Shown: piece by piece, positions 11,800 to 24,059 of the stretch | How the letters are laid out: every line of letters starts with the position of its first letter | Position numbering within the stretch: the first letter of the stretch is position 1 | Source of the DNA: Mustelus asterias | Lineage: Eukaryota | Direction: 5' to 3' | NCBI RefSeq assembly: GCF_964213995.1 | Contig: NC_135818.1 | Location: 79,422,001-79,486,000, forward strand | DNA: 64,000 nt | Notes under the pieces: generated by a model | What the model was told of the DNA's origin: nothing | Database searches by the model: none | What the model saw: the letters and a program-made list of their open reading frames with translations, nothing else | Position numbers and translations under genes: made by a program

Positions 11800-14690
11800 G
11801 CAATGAGGACTTGAGGCTTCTCACCCTTTTTTGCAAAGGTCAAGTTCTAAGTTGAGTATTTGTGGAGCGCTGCTGGATGCGGATGTGGATTTTGGAGTGA
11901 CGTGAAGAACAAGAAAGAAGACGGAGAAGTAGACAATCTTTCAGCTCTGCTGCTATTGGTGGATCGTTGTGGTGGTTAAAGCCGCTGACTTGAACCCAAC
12001 GGGTACAGCTCGACTCAATGCAGAGCTACAGCTGCAGCAAGTGCCCGAGCTCCAGGCCAAGGTGCGCTGAACACTGTCAGAGTGATAGTGAAGACGTCAG
12101 GAGAGGACTCGCCCCGTGAAGTGGGAGCTGTTGAATTACTGTGGATTTGAAGTTGCAGGTATCTTTTGCCTGCAAGGTTTCCCCAGTGGTACTTCGACGT
12201 CACCTTCAGAAGTGTTGTGGGATGCACCAAGCTCCTGAAGGCGGTTAGGTAGAAAGGCGACCAAGGGCCCCTATCCATCCTGACCTCAGAGCTTGTTTAT
12301 TCTGCCATAGCAGTGGAACTGGGATGTCACCTTCCACCTACACAATCCCCACATCCATGTGGTGGACATGCTCATGTTAGTCGCCAGGTATGTGGAGCTA
12401 AATGGAAACAGCACTGAAGTCAAAGACTTTGGTATTTGCACCAGCAAACTACAGGTCAAGGTGACCTTGAAGACGGACATGAATGGAGCCATCCTGCGCC
12501 CTCCCTCCAGCTTCACCATTGGAGGAAGTCAAAACCATTTCTTCTATGCAGGGCAGCCGAGAGTGTGATGCACCAGAGGCAAAAATGGACACATTGCTGC
12601 CAACTGCAGCACCATCTTCCGTAGGTTCACCCAAAACAGGTTGCAACGTATGCACAAATAATCAGTGGGGGAGCAACAAAGAAATTTACAAGGGAGACTC
12701 ATGTACAAGAACAAAGACACTAACGCAAAACATGCTGCAAAAGGAGGCAAGGCTCCTGAGCAAATTACAGAAGTTCCAGAAGACACTGACGAAATACCTC
12801 CACCTCTATTGGCAAAGGAAGAATCAAGGGAAGAGGAGTTGGCAGAACAAGAAGGGCCCTGGCTAAAGGTGATCAGCAAAACTCGTCAGCAGAAAACACT
12901 AAAGAAATTAAATGTCGCTATTCTGTTGAACAGTAAAAAGTGGCCATTTTAAGCTAACTCTTCCAATATCGCCTCCACCTAAGATGAGGAATGACAAGTT
13001 GGCAGCCACCAAGAAAATAAGCGGCTAAGCACCAATGCATAATGGGAGCCATAGAATCCCCAGACTACAGGTGATGAAGGCAACAAAAGGCCCTGGGAAC
13101 ACCAACTAACAGTTACAGATGGTGGTCGAACTAGTGGTCCCATGGGCCATCCATCTGGTCAGGAGGAAACGATTGCCGTTTCTCCAGCCTAAAGGTTTTT
13201 CACCCTGAAAGGTGTTCAGAAGGCAAGAGAGAGATAGGGGGAAATGTCCCGACTCCAGAAAAGCATGCAGAATCTGCTCAGGCTACAGTCAACGGGGTTG
13301 ATGCCAAGGAAGATCTCTAAAAGATGAAGAGCCAGCAAACCTCGTACTTTGCCTCGGACACCTCCAAGTTGATCTCGAGCTCCAGCGTCCAGTCTGTGGA
13401 GCAGGCTCGCATTTCTTCTTCTAAAAGGTGCCCAGAGAGACCTCTGTGATCAGCAACCTGAAGGAAGAAGACAGCTCCATAAAGTCATTGCAGTCTGCCA
13501 TTGAGGATCAGCAACTCTTTTTATGCCAGGCTGTCTAACCTGAAGCCAAAAGACAGCACGGCCTCCCAGTCCTCCCTGTCACCAGCACAGGTCGGCACGC
13601 TGACACATGGTTACCATTACTGCCTCACAGTGCCAGGGACCTGGGTTCAACTCCAGCCACGGGTGACTGTCTGTGTGGAATTTGCACATTCTCTCCGTGT
13701 CTGCGTGGGTTTCCTCCGGTGCTCTGGTTTCCTCCCACTGTTCAAAGATGTGCAGGTTGGGTGCATTGGCCACGTTAAATTGCCCTAGTGTCCAAAGGTG
13801 TGTAGGTTAGGTGGCACAGGTCTAGCCCACACCCTGGTCCTGCACTGCAACAGTCACCCGAGCTTTCTTCAAGTTCATCTGGAGATCAAAGATGGATCGT
13901 GTACAAATCTCTGGATGAGGGAGGGAGAAACGTACCTAACGTCGCCCTCATCCAGGTGGCCCCCTTTGTATGGGGCTGCATGAAGCTGTGTGTAAATCCT
14001 TGGTATGCAAACACCAAGTGTCATGACATAATAAGGTTCTAGAGGTTCTGTGTTGCAAAGGATGGGTCTGGCCATGCTGCCGCACAGCGCTCCAAGTAGT
14101 TGGACCGTGCCGTATCACTTCTCCCTCATGGAAAAATTTGTTCAGAAGAATACCTATCACCCCAAATCCATCAAGCAGCGGTCTGCATGTAATCTCCTCA
14201 AGGCCCTGAGGGAAAAGGAGATGGTGGATCACTTTGGATCATTTCCTGAGCAGACTGTTGAGGTTATTTGGTAGAATGCCTCATTGCCAGAACTTTGAAG
14301 CAAGCACTAATCACCTTAGTGGTGAGAAGGACACACCTGTCAAATGGTGTCCGAAGTCTCTGCGCCACCACACCCTGCTCTCAAAGTGGCTGTGAGGGGG
14401 GAAGAAATGGTTGCACGCCTCCTTATGGAGTGTGCCTTTGCAATGAGGGTTTGGAGAGAGATGCAATGGCATTTGTTGAAGTTAATCCAGAGCAGTTTTG
14501 TGATACAGGACTCTGTGCTCTATGGCCTGTTTCCAGGCACGCACAGTGAGACAAATATCAACTGCTGCCGAAGGATCATCAACTCTGTGAAAGACACTCT
14601 TTGATCTGCCCAAAACTTGTTGATCTTTCAAAGATTTGTCCTCGACCGGGTGTTGCAGACTGACATTCCAAGGTCCAGGATTACATGCTA
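11800..14690 (+). mobile_element. Degenerate Tx1-like LINE: ZCCHC3-like ORF1 remnant plus ORF2 3' remnant, with a nested HE1 SINE at ~13590-13815
   Basis: ORF1 fragments NTVRV, YFDVTF, KDFGI, PPSSFTIGG..FFYAGQPRV. ORF2 fragments HLLMEC-like RLLMECAFAMRVW and SVLYGLFPG. Confidence 0.7.
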
Positions 14691-15293
14691 CAGCATCTTT
14701 ACTGGCTTGTTTAATTTCAGTATTAACAGCAGCTGTGATCATAATGCATCTCATCAGGGCTTAACCAACTTGACTTATGCTATTTCAAAAAAGAACAAGA
14801 TTCCTCTTTATGGTTAGATACATCCGTCGTTAGCCTTCCCTCTCAAGTATTTCTATGTTCTGACTCTCTAAAAATTGAAACTAAACACTGAATCTCTCCG
14901 ACATATCGTTCCCTTTCAAATTTTGATTCCCTTCATTAACTGAGTCATCCAACACTCACTTTAACTAAACTTTGCCTTTCCATTTGCTTTTATAATGTTA
15001 TGTTTTAAAAATATTTTCCTCCAGCACTCAATCTTTTTCAGCTCCCTCCTACACTTCCTTATGCTCTTTGTGATCATATGTAGTGTTTCTTAGCCCTAAT
15101 TTTACCACATGCCTTCCTTGTAACGTGTTCTATGCTGTTCTAGGGTTCAGAAAGGTGTTAGATAAATGGAAGTCATTCCTTTTCATAGCTCCCACTTATA
15201 GCACCATGCATTAGTACTCCGGGGCCCTGGTCCACTAAACCACCCTAGGTTGAATGGCAGTTCATTAATGCAGAGATTAAGCACAGTCAATAC

Positions 15294-15360
15294 CTTTAAG
15301 CATGTCAATATCATCCTTCTCAAGTTCTGCCATCCATTTGGGTGGAGAGCTGGTAATAGG
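15294..15360 (-). CDS. LIN52: LIN52 copy A exon 4 (PITSSPPKWMAELEKDDIDMLK)
   Basis: 67 nt, ttgtag|...|gtattg, near-identical to the recalled vertebrate LIN52 sequence. Confidence 0.96.
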
Positions 15361-15619
15361 CTACAAAACAAAAATGGAAATTTGCCTTAATTTGTTAAAG
15401 TACCTCACAATTGATGCTTTACTGACTGAATTTTGCATTTTGCTTCTAGAAAAAGAGTTTGCGGGAGTGGGTGAATTAACACTGCACTTTCACTTTTGTG
15501 ATTGATACTACTCACTGGGATAGTTGGATAAGAACCATCTCACTGGACATATCACTAGAAAAATCATAGAAGGAAAGGGGATGAAAGCTGCGTTAGCCTA
15601 TTCAATATGAACTAAGGAT

Positions 15620-16600
15620 TGATTAATGGATAGGGAGCAGACAATCAGCCTAAACTAATTTAACAAGGCACCAGAAGGATCAGTGCTAAAGCCTCAGATA
15701 CTTACAATCTATATCAATGGCTTAGATGAGGAGGCTGAGTAAAATGTATCTAAGTTTGCAGATGACACAAAGTTAGGCAGGAAAGTAAGCTGTGAGGAGG
15801 ATGCAAAGAGGTCTCCGAGGAACATAAACTGATTGAGTGGACAAGAGTGTGGAAGATGGAAAATAAAGTAGAGAAATGTAAAGTTATCCATTTGGTAGGG
15901 AGGATAGAAAATTAGAATTATTGTTTTAAATGGTGAGAGACGAGTAACAATTGGAATTCAGAAGGACCTGTGACCTCGTACACGAATCACAGAATGTTAA
16001 CATGCACGTAAGCAGGCAATCAGGAAGGAAAGAAATTCAGAAAGCAAACAGTGTGTTAGCTTTTAGTACAATGGGATCGCGGTAGGAGAGTAAATAAATA
16101 TGGCTACAATTGGACAGGACATTGGTGAGACCAAACATAGAAACTCTGTACAGTTTTGTCTCCTTTCCTAAGGAGGGATATATTTGCCTTAGAGTGAGTG
16201 CAATGAAGGTTCCCAAGACCATGAGGAAACAATCGGGTGGATGGAGCTATTACAAGGGGGCATAACTATAGGGTTCGTGGTGGGAGATACAGGAAGGATA
16301 TCAGAGGTAGGTTCTTTCCTCAGAGTGGTTGGGGTGTGGAATGGACTGCCTGCAGTGATAGTGGAGTCAGACACTTTAGGAACATTTAAGCGGTTATTGG
16401 ATAGGCACATGGAGCACACCAGGATGATAGGGAGTGGGATAGCTTGATCTTGGTTTCAGATAAAGCTCGGCACAACATTGTGGGCCGAAGGGCCTGTTCT
16501 GTGCTGTACTGTTCTATGTTCTAATGAGTAGTCCAAGTCTTTATTTCATAGAGCTTAGAAGAATGAGGTGAGCTCATTGAAATATATACAATTATTGAGG
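15620..16600 (+). mobile_element. Old CR1 remnant with a younger copy-A-specific CR1 3' end (~16230-16523)
   Basis: SKFADDTK-like sequence at ~15750. The younger insert ends in (ttcta)n and is absent at paralogous ~37380. Confidence 0.75.
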
Positions 16601-16722
16601 TGCATGACACAAAATTATTTGCTATTTATTAGAGTAAAGACATCATACGATGAATACATCCCATATTTAATTTCTAAAAATTAGAAAATTATCAAGACAT
16701 CAAATTGCACAAAGATACTTAC

Positions 16723-16760
16723 ACTTTTGAAAGATGCTGCAAATTCCGCTACCCCTGGCA
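16723..16760 (-). CDS. LIN52: LIN52 copy A exon 3 (MPGVAEFAASFKS)
   Basis: 38 nt, tttcag|...|gtaagt, in frame with exons 2 and 4. Confidence 0.95.
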
Positions 16761-17414
16761 CTGAAAGAGACAATGAGATTGGGTGATTTTTTTTATATCA
16801 CTGTGAGACGTGTCAGCGTTGAAGAACAAAATAGTGTTTCACTTTGGAGATTCCCAAGGCAGATATAGCACAGGATAAAGGCAGAAAATCTCTATTTGCT
16901 CTGGCCTAATGTTGTGCCCCAGTATTTGGACACCCCTTCAGTGCTGGTGTGAATTTTCCCAATGTCTCATACCAATTCTCACCTCAGAATTAAGCCACCA
17001 AATTCGGTTCAGCTTCACATACTAGGAACTGAGTTTGGATCTCACAAATGTATTTCACATTGGACTCTTGCAACCAGCTCAGACAGGAGGTTTCTATCAT
17101 CAAGTCTTGGCTCAAATTCCAGTACAAGAATATATTAATCTATTCCACCTCTTTATGGAACTATATTTGACAACAATACACTTAAAAGAGAATTCATCTC
17201 AGTCACCTCCTATATTGTTGATATGGCAATATTCCAGCTCATAGGAACCTTACATTTCTATCAACTTTTATACAGTCCTATTGTAATTTGGAGCAAGTTA
17301 ATAAACATCTTTTAATAGTGTGCACTGTTCAACCCATGCAATTACCTGTGACTTTACAGCCCCATAATGCTGCTGTGGAATGCGACCACTCTGTGCCACC
17401 CAATCTATTTATAT

Positions 17415-17708
17415 TAAAGCTTATTTATTAGTGTCAAAAGTAGGCTGACATTAACACTGCAATGAAATTACTCTGAAAATCCCCTAGTCGCCACACTCCG
17501 GCGCCTGTCCGGATACACTAAGGGAGAATTTAGCATGGCCAATGCACCTAACCGGCATGTCTTTCAGACTGTGGGAGGTAACTGGAGCAAACCCATGGGG
17601 ACACGGGGAGAACGGGCAGACTCCGCACAGACAGTGACCCGAGCCAGGAATCGAACTCGAGTCCCTGACGCTGTGAGGCAGCAGTGCTAACCACTGTGCC
17701 ACCATGCC
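17415..17708 (-). mobile_element. HE1-like SINE, copy-A-specific
   Basis: Full head and tail. Absent at paralogous ~39130. Confidence 0.85.
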
Positions 17709-17968
17709 GGGATGCAATTTACAGACTGTAGGCTCTCCCATGGCATGCGCTGTTCCCTCCATGAAATGTTCAGATCACTCCATAGATGATGCACTATTTG
17801 CATCATATAGTGGTCATACAAGATCCCTTCTTAATCCACATGGGGTTCCTGTGTGGTGCATTATAGGTTCCATTCCTACTGATTGCTCAGTTTGAGCTAC
17901 CCATTTTGTTTTTAAATCGATAAGCATCAGTTGTATTCTATGGGTAAATCATCACAGAAATATCTTAC

Positions 17969-18043
17969 TTTGTTCTGGCCATAAATCTGGTGAAGCTCGA
18001 TCTAGTTTCTCAAAGCTCAGCAAAGACTGCTCCAAATGTGCAC
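17969..18043 (-). CDS. LIN52: LIN52 copy A exon 2 (GAHLEQSLLSFEKLDRASPDLWPEQ)
   Basis: 75 nt, cag|...|gtaag. Encodes the LxSxExL pocket-protein motif and the RASP DYRK1A site (human S28). Confidence 0.96.
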
Positions 18044-19719
18044 CTGACGGCAAAGAAGCAGAATATAAATAAGAGGCCAGGAGTGTTCAGGTCACATATT
18101 TTACAAGACATACACTGGTGGCCCAGTGGTTTTCATTTATTAACAGCAAGGCTGTAGTGGAACCGTGTATTCTCCACCATTATTTTGGCCCCAGGAGAGA
18201 AAAATTAGACAAGGAGTTAACACATTCAAATTGTCACATCCAACAGTCGAATGTGTAGAGTCCTTTCAGAATCCCACACACAATTATCAAAGCTCCAATA
18301 CTGGATTAATGGAGAGAAAACATGAATATTATCATACTTTAGCTCGAGGTCTATTGTAAACTAGTGTATCTCTTGTAACAGAGGGGATGCAGCACCATCT
18401 CTGGAGCAAGACACGATAACAGAAATTACCACTACAGCGTTACCCATTAATTTCAATATGCTAATAAAGTTAGTGAGACCAACTCAAGGATTTTAACAGA
18501 GCTAACAATTTATCTGTGATGATGCTCACAGTAAATTTATAATGACAAGCTTTTCTTTACAAAAGATGGATAACGGACAGACTTTAGAAACTTGACCCCC
18601 TCAACACAAACTACTGGCTGTCGAGCATTTTACGTTTAGATGGGCAATTTCAATGTCAAATATTGACTTAAAATCATTAACCATACAGGAAGATGGACAG
18701 ACATCTGCACATACACCAGTTTTTCTTTCTAAATAATGTACTAGGCAATCTACTAGTAAAGAAGTCAAAGCTCATAGAAACATAGGAACAGGAGAATGTC
18801 ATTCAGCTTCTCGAGCCTCTTCCACCAATCAGATCATGGCTCGGTTTGCCTCCTTTGGTTGCATATCCCTTAATAACCACCCACACCGACCAAAAATCCA
18901 CTAATCTCAAGTTTTTTAATTTTCAATTGACATTCTGTCCACCCCAACAGCTTTCTGGGGAAAAGATTTCTACTGATTTGATTTATTGTCACATGTACTA
19001 CTGTACAGTGAAAAGTATTGTTTCTTGCACACTATACAGACAAAGCATACCATTCATAGAGAAGGGAACGAGTGCAGAATGTAGTGTTACTGTTGCCTTC
19101 AAGTGAAATAGGGTTACATAGCAGCTTTTAAATGAGCCAGTTATGCAGATACAATCCAGCATCCATTTAAAAGGTCTTCCATTCTGCCCTTATTTATGTC
19201 CTGTTTTTAATGTTCAAAGCCCACATTTAGCATCTTTGTTAGGGAGACTGACAAATTTGCATAGACAGTTTCCATTATACGTGTGAACATGCAGCATATT
19301 TTTAATATTAACAGTTCAGTCAATCACGCATGGCAGTGCACTTGGGGAACCAGGGCCAAGCATAATCTTGAAATGAAGCACGGTTGAAGGACAGAAGCTT
19401 GCTGCAGTGCAGCAATTAACAGATGTACCAGGATGGTACCAGAGATGAGGGAGTCCAGTTGAAATCATAGAACTGTTGCACGTGGAGAGTGTAGAAACTG
19501 AGGAAAATGTTTCTTTACAAAGCAACTCGTTATTATCTGAAATGCACTGGGGAAAATGGCACTAGAAGCAGACTTTAATGGAATCGAATGTATACTTATA
19601 CATGTAAAAGAAAACTAAGACCATTGGGAAAGATCGGGAGAGGTGGACTGGATAACTCTTTCAAAAAGCTAACATAGGCATGACGAACCAAACATGCAGT
19701 ATGACACGACGATCAAGAA

Positions 19720-20577
19720 ATGTCTGGCCAAATTCCCCTCCAATTCGATTTTCAAGTTTGCTGACGACACCACCGTAGTGGGGCAGATCTCAAACAATGA
19801 CGAGACAGAGTACAGGAATGAGATAGAGAATATGGTGAACTGGAGAGGCAATAAAATTATCTCCCTCAATGTCAACAAAACAAAGGAGATTGTCATCGAC
19901 TTCAGGAAGCATAAAGGAGCACATGCTCCTGTCTACATGAACGGGGACAAAGTAGAAGTGGTCGGGAGCTTCAAGTTTTTAGGTGTCCAGATCACCAACA
20001 ACTTGTCCTGGTCCTCCCCATGCCGACACTATAGTTAAGAAAGCCCACCAACGCCTCTACTTTCTCAGAAGAAAAAGGAAATTTGGCATATCACACCAAC
20101 TTTTACAGATGCACCATAGAAAGCATTCTTTCTGGTTGTATCGCAGCTTGGTATGGCTCCTGCTCTTCCCAAGACCGCAAGGAACTACAAAAAGTCTTGA
20201 ATGTAGCCCAATCCATCACTCAAACCAGCCTCCCATCCATTGACTCTGTCTATACTTCCTGCTGCCTCGGCAAAGCGGCCACTATAATTAAGGACCGCAC
20301 ACACCCTGGACATTCTTCCACCTTCCTCCGTCGGGAAAAGATACAAAAGCCTTAGGTCACATACCAACCGATTTAAGAACAGCTTCTTCCCTGCTGCCGT
20401 CAGACTTTTGAATGGTCCTACCTTGCATTAAGTTGATCTTTCTCTACACTGTGACACTACAATCTGCACACTCTCCTTTCCTTCTCTATGAACTGTATGA
20501 TTTGTCTGCATAGCGTGCAAGAAACAATACTTTTCACTGTATACTAATACATGTGACAATAATAAATCAAATCAAAT
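19720..20577 (+). mobile_element. 5'-truncated Rex1/Babar-like LINE, copy-A-specific
   Basis: KFADDTTVVG...LNVNKTKEIVIDFRK and (aaatc)n tail. Empty site gatcaagaaatgcctcttc at ~42841. Confidence 0.85.
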
Positions 20578-21306
20578 ACCTCTTCAAACAGTTTTCAAGC
20601 AGAATAAGACAGCGCAGGTTTGGAATGGTTTTAAAAACAATAATAATAATTAGATGCTACAATGTAGAGCAGAGTGTGGGTTAAAAAGTAGCATTAGGAT
20701 CCCTCTGGGTGAATTGAGATTAGCCGAGCATGATATTAACTGTTCGCGTTGAGTCCCATATGAGTCTTCTTGGGAAGAATAATCGTATTAGACTTGAAAG
20801 AGTGCCAAAGAAGTCAGATGGGACTCGAAATGTTGACTCCGTTGCTCTCTCCACAGATGCTGCCTGCTTTTCCAGCACTTGCTGCTTTTAATCTGTTGCG
20901 TTATCGTCAAGTCGTGAAGCCAGACCTGTCAAATCTCCACAACAATGAAACTTCACTTTCGAAATATAACCCATAATTCGAAATAAATTAACAGAGGAAA
21001 ATAATGCCCAGGTTAAGTTAAGTAGGTTTTAACCCTCCCCTCCCTTTCCAGTCAGCTTCACTCCTGAATATCTTGTCAGGCTGACAGCTCTGACTGGGGA
21101 GGGGGGGGGGGGCTGTGGTAACGTGCCAACATTTTAAAACAGAGAATTATGACGCGATTTGTTTTCCAAAAACAAAGATAAAGCACACGTCCATTCTTTT
21201 CACTAGAGTCTGGATTGTGAGAGGATGGAGTAGAGCCGGGTGCCAGGGAGCGATGTCCGCTCAGCAGAGGCTCCTCTCTCTCTCTCAGAAACAAATTGGA
21301 ATTTAC

Positions 21307-21325
21307 CCGCACTCGGCGACGCCAT
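21307..21325 (-). CDS. LIN52: LIN52 copy A, coding exon 1 (MASPSA-G)
   Basis: Minus strand reads ggaagATGGCGTCGCCGAGTGCGG|gtaaat: 19 nt, strong Kozak context, GT donor. Matches the LIN52 N-terminus MASP. Confidence 0.9.
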
Positions 21326-22023
21326 CTTCCCAGCACCGTCACATGACCCAGCGGCAACCAAACACCAGCGACATGATTAATGCTTTTTTCCCCAGGGAGA
21401 CCGGCCTTCCCGATTTTAGAGGCGATGTCGACAGAAAAGCCTAACAATAATTTTAAAAATACACGCTGACGCCAAAACGTCGCCTTTTTGTCAAGTCGTT
21501 CGGCGGTTAGGCGCTCGGGTCTCGCGCGAGATCGCTCGCGGGGACGGGTTTGATGGACGTGGCGACTGACCAATTGGGATTGTGCATGGTCCCGCGTTCC
21601 GCAGGAAAGATCCAATCGGCTTCGACATAGGGGAGGGGGGGCGGGGGAATCTGATGGACGTTTCGACCGACCAATCAAGAAGGCGGATGGGTCCCTGAGT
21701 CCCCGCAGGAGGCATCCATTCAGCTTCGAGATCGGGAGGAAAGGGGCGGGACTGTGGAGAATTGATGGACGTGGCGGCAGACCAATCCAAAGTGTGGATG
21801 GCTTCCCGCCTGCCGCAGGGTAAGTCCAATCGGCTTCGAAAGTGGGGAAAGGGGCGGGCCCGGGATGGGGTGGGCGGGCCCGGGATGGGGTGGGCGGGCC
21901 CGGGATGGGGTGGGCGGGCCCGGGATGGGGTGGGCGGGGCTGAGTGGGAGCCGGCGGCGTCCAGTAGCGGGTCACCTGGCAGGAGCTGGTGTGTTATTCG
22001 GCAGGCGGGTTATCGGCTTTGCA
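21326..22023. promoter_or_regulatory. Bidirectional LIN52/ALDH6A1 CpG-island promoter, copy A
   Basis: GC/CpG-rich region between divergent ATGs. Five CCAAT boxes, GC boxes, E-box GTCACATGAC (21338-21347), palindrome TCTCGCGCGAGA (21520-21531), YY1-like CGCCATCTT over the LIN52 ATG. Confidence 0.85.
21851..21938 (+). repeat. 20-bp minisatellite (TGGGCGGGCCCGGGATGGGG) x ~4.4
   Basis: Directly visible. Only about one unit at the paralogous site near 44130-44160. Confidence 0.95.
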
Positions 22024-22059
22024 ATGGCAGCCATCCTCAGGACGACTTTAAGGCACAAG
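22024..22059 (+). CDS. ALDH6A1: ALDH6A1 duplicated (orphan or alternative) exon 1, MAAILRTTLRHK
   Basis: 36 nt, ATG...AAG|gtaaac, identical to 44250-44285. No exon 2 follows within copy A. Confidence 0.65.
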
Positions 22060-23429
22060 GTAAACCGGGCAGGAGCGATGAAATAGGAGGGAGGAAAATA
22101 TAAAATAAAGATCATGTGTGTGTGGTTTCATTAAAAACTCCTCAGTACAGAATGTTCCAGGGCCTCACACTGGTCGAGCTGGTCTCTCTTGCAGTCAGTT
22201 CGCACAACAGTTTATATATAGAAACCTATGTGTATTGTTTTTATTCACGGCGCATCTTATTAAACTGTTTGCAGATTTTCAATTTGGCTAATTGATCAGC
22301 AGTAATTTTTTCCCCATCACTTTTCACCCTTCCCCCTCAGCCAAACTTGTTTCTATTTATATATTCAAAAGTCGTTTTGTTTCACTCCACGTTGTCTTTT
22401 TCTACAGTTTTGCATCAATTTGTTTGTTGCTCCTCTGTTTCCCCTCCACAAGTCATGCCAAAACGTTGAATGTATTCAAGAGGCGGCTGGATATAGCACT
22501 TGGGGCAAATGGGATCAAAGGTTATGGGGAGAAAGCAGGATTAGGCTATTGAGTTGAACGATCAGTCATGAACACGATGAATGGTGGAGCAGGCTCAGAG
22601 GGCTGAATGGTCTCTTATCTTCTGTGTTTCTTCGTGAGTCGCCATTTGTTTGTGGACAGAATTTCTAAACATAGCACAGATACTTGGAAACAGCAGGTCA
22701 CTGTTCCCAGTGACTATACTTTGTTGTTGTGCCCTATGCCCTTAATTATCAGAATATTAATTGCAATTGTCTGCTGTTTTGCCGAAATAAGACTTCAGTG
22801 GTCGAATTCTTGACTCTACAGTATGGTGATTGTGGCATGTTGTATGCTGAGGCTGAGGATTTATCCCAAAACTTGAGATTGTAAGATGTCAAAGCTAAAT
22901 TTCTTAATTCGAAGCTTCCTAGTTTTAATGAGCATGCCCAACAGTCCTGTTTAATGCCTCTTTTTAAACCCTGCAGTTTATACTTGGAATGTCTGAAAGG
23001 AAAGCAGAAAATTGTTGCTGTCTTTTGCACAGTCTGCAAGCCTGTTGGTCAGATTTAGTGGTAGGCTTCCAGATCTCCCTAGTTATTGGTTCAATCATGC
23101 TGGAAGGGGTTGTGCTTGGTTCTCTGTTATACAGCATCTTTTTTCTCGCTCACCTCATCCTCTTGCGAATTTGTGGCATTGTTTCAAGATTCACACACTC
23201 ACATCCAAATGTTGCAAGTGAAGGACGATTATATTGTCAGTTTGCTTTTAAACGGTCATCTTATAATAGCAATCGGCCTCAGGGCAGATCTTATTTTTCC
23301 ACACCTTGGTCTTGTGGTTTCCTCTTCAATTGCTATAGGAGCCTCCCATTTTCAATTTAAAGTTGCCTAATAAAATTATATTTCTTCCTCTTGCTCTTAG
23401 CTTCTCTAATCCTCTTCAGTCACCACCTT

Positions 23430-23830
23430 CAGCAAGCTTTCATGCCTTAGAACATGGTCAACTTGTTGCTATTTATTGATATTCACTAAAGACATTTCCT
23501 CCGCCACCATCCTGAGAACTTCTTCATTGCTCTTCTTCTCTCAGCTAACCCACTATATCCTTCTCCAGAACAAATTTCACAACTTTTTAGTCTTTGGATG
23601 TCTTCAGTTTTGAAGGTCCATGCTTCAGCCCTGTGCACCTTCACAAGATTTCTACTCATTCCCATTCTGAATAATATTTTGTTCGGCAATTGCTTTTTTT
23701 TGCCATTAGGATGATAGCTCTGATTTCTTCATGGAAGGAACCATCTTCTGACATGATGTTTCCCAGGTACTTGGATGTGATATCTGTTCCAGCTGTTGAC
23801 CATTTATTTTCATCCCTTCTTTCCATCATT
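23430..23830 (-). mobile_element. RTE-like LINE remnant (paralogue ~46590-46970)
   Basis: Degenerate KYLG...EEIRA..MAKK and AEAWT. Confidence 0.55.
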
Positions 23831-24059
23831 TTATTTCTGTGAAGAGCCTCACACCATAGCTTTGAATACACATGCATCTAAGGTAATGATAGATCAAAAG
23901 CCAAAACAATCATATCAGCAGAGTTGAGAATGTTAAGTGAAAGAACCACTTGAATACAGTAATTCCTCCCTTAACATTGTACTTTTGTTCCTGAAAAATA
24001 CAATGTTTAGCGAGTCACGTTTTCCCATTGTGACTAATGTAATTAATTAATGGGAGCTG

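Noticed and set aside
21445-21480. E2F/CHR autoregulatory element (TTTAAA near TTTTGGCG)
   Set aside because: Both motifs are imperfect and the spacing does not fit CDE/CHR. Too weak to claim.
21851-21938. CRISPR-like array
   Set aside because: Head-to-tail repeats without spacers in eukaryotic DNA.
21076-21975. 299-aa Pro-rich ORF and overlapping ORFs at 43474-44329
   Set aside because: By-products of the GC-rich promoter and minisatellite. The frame is not preserved between copies and there is no recognisable domain.
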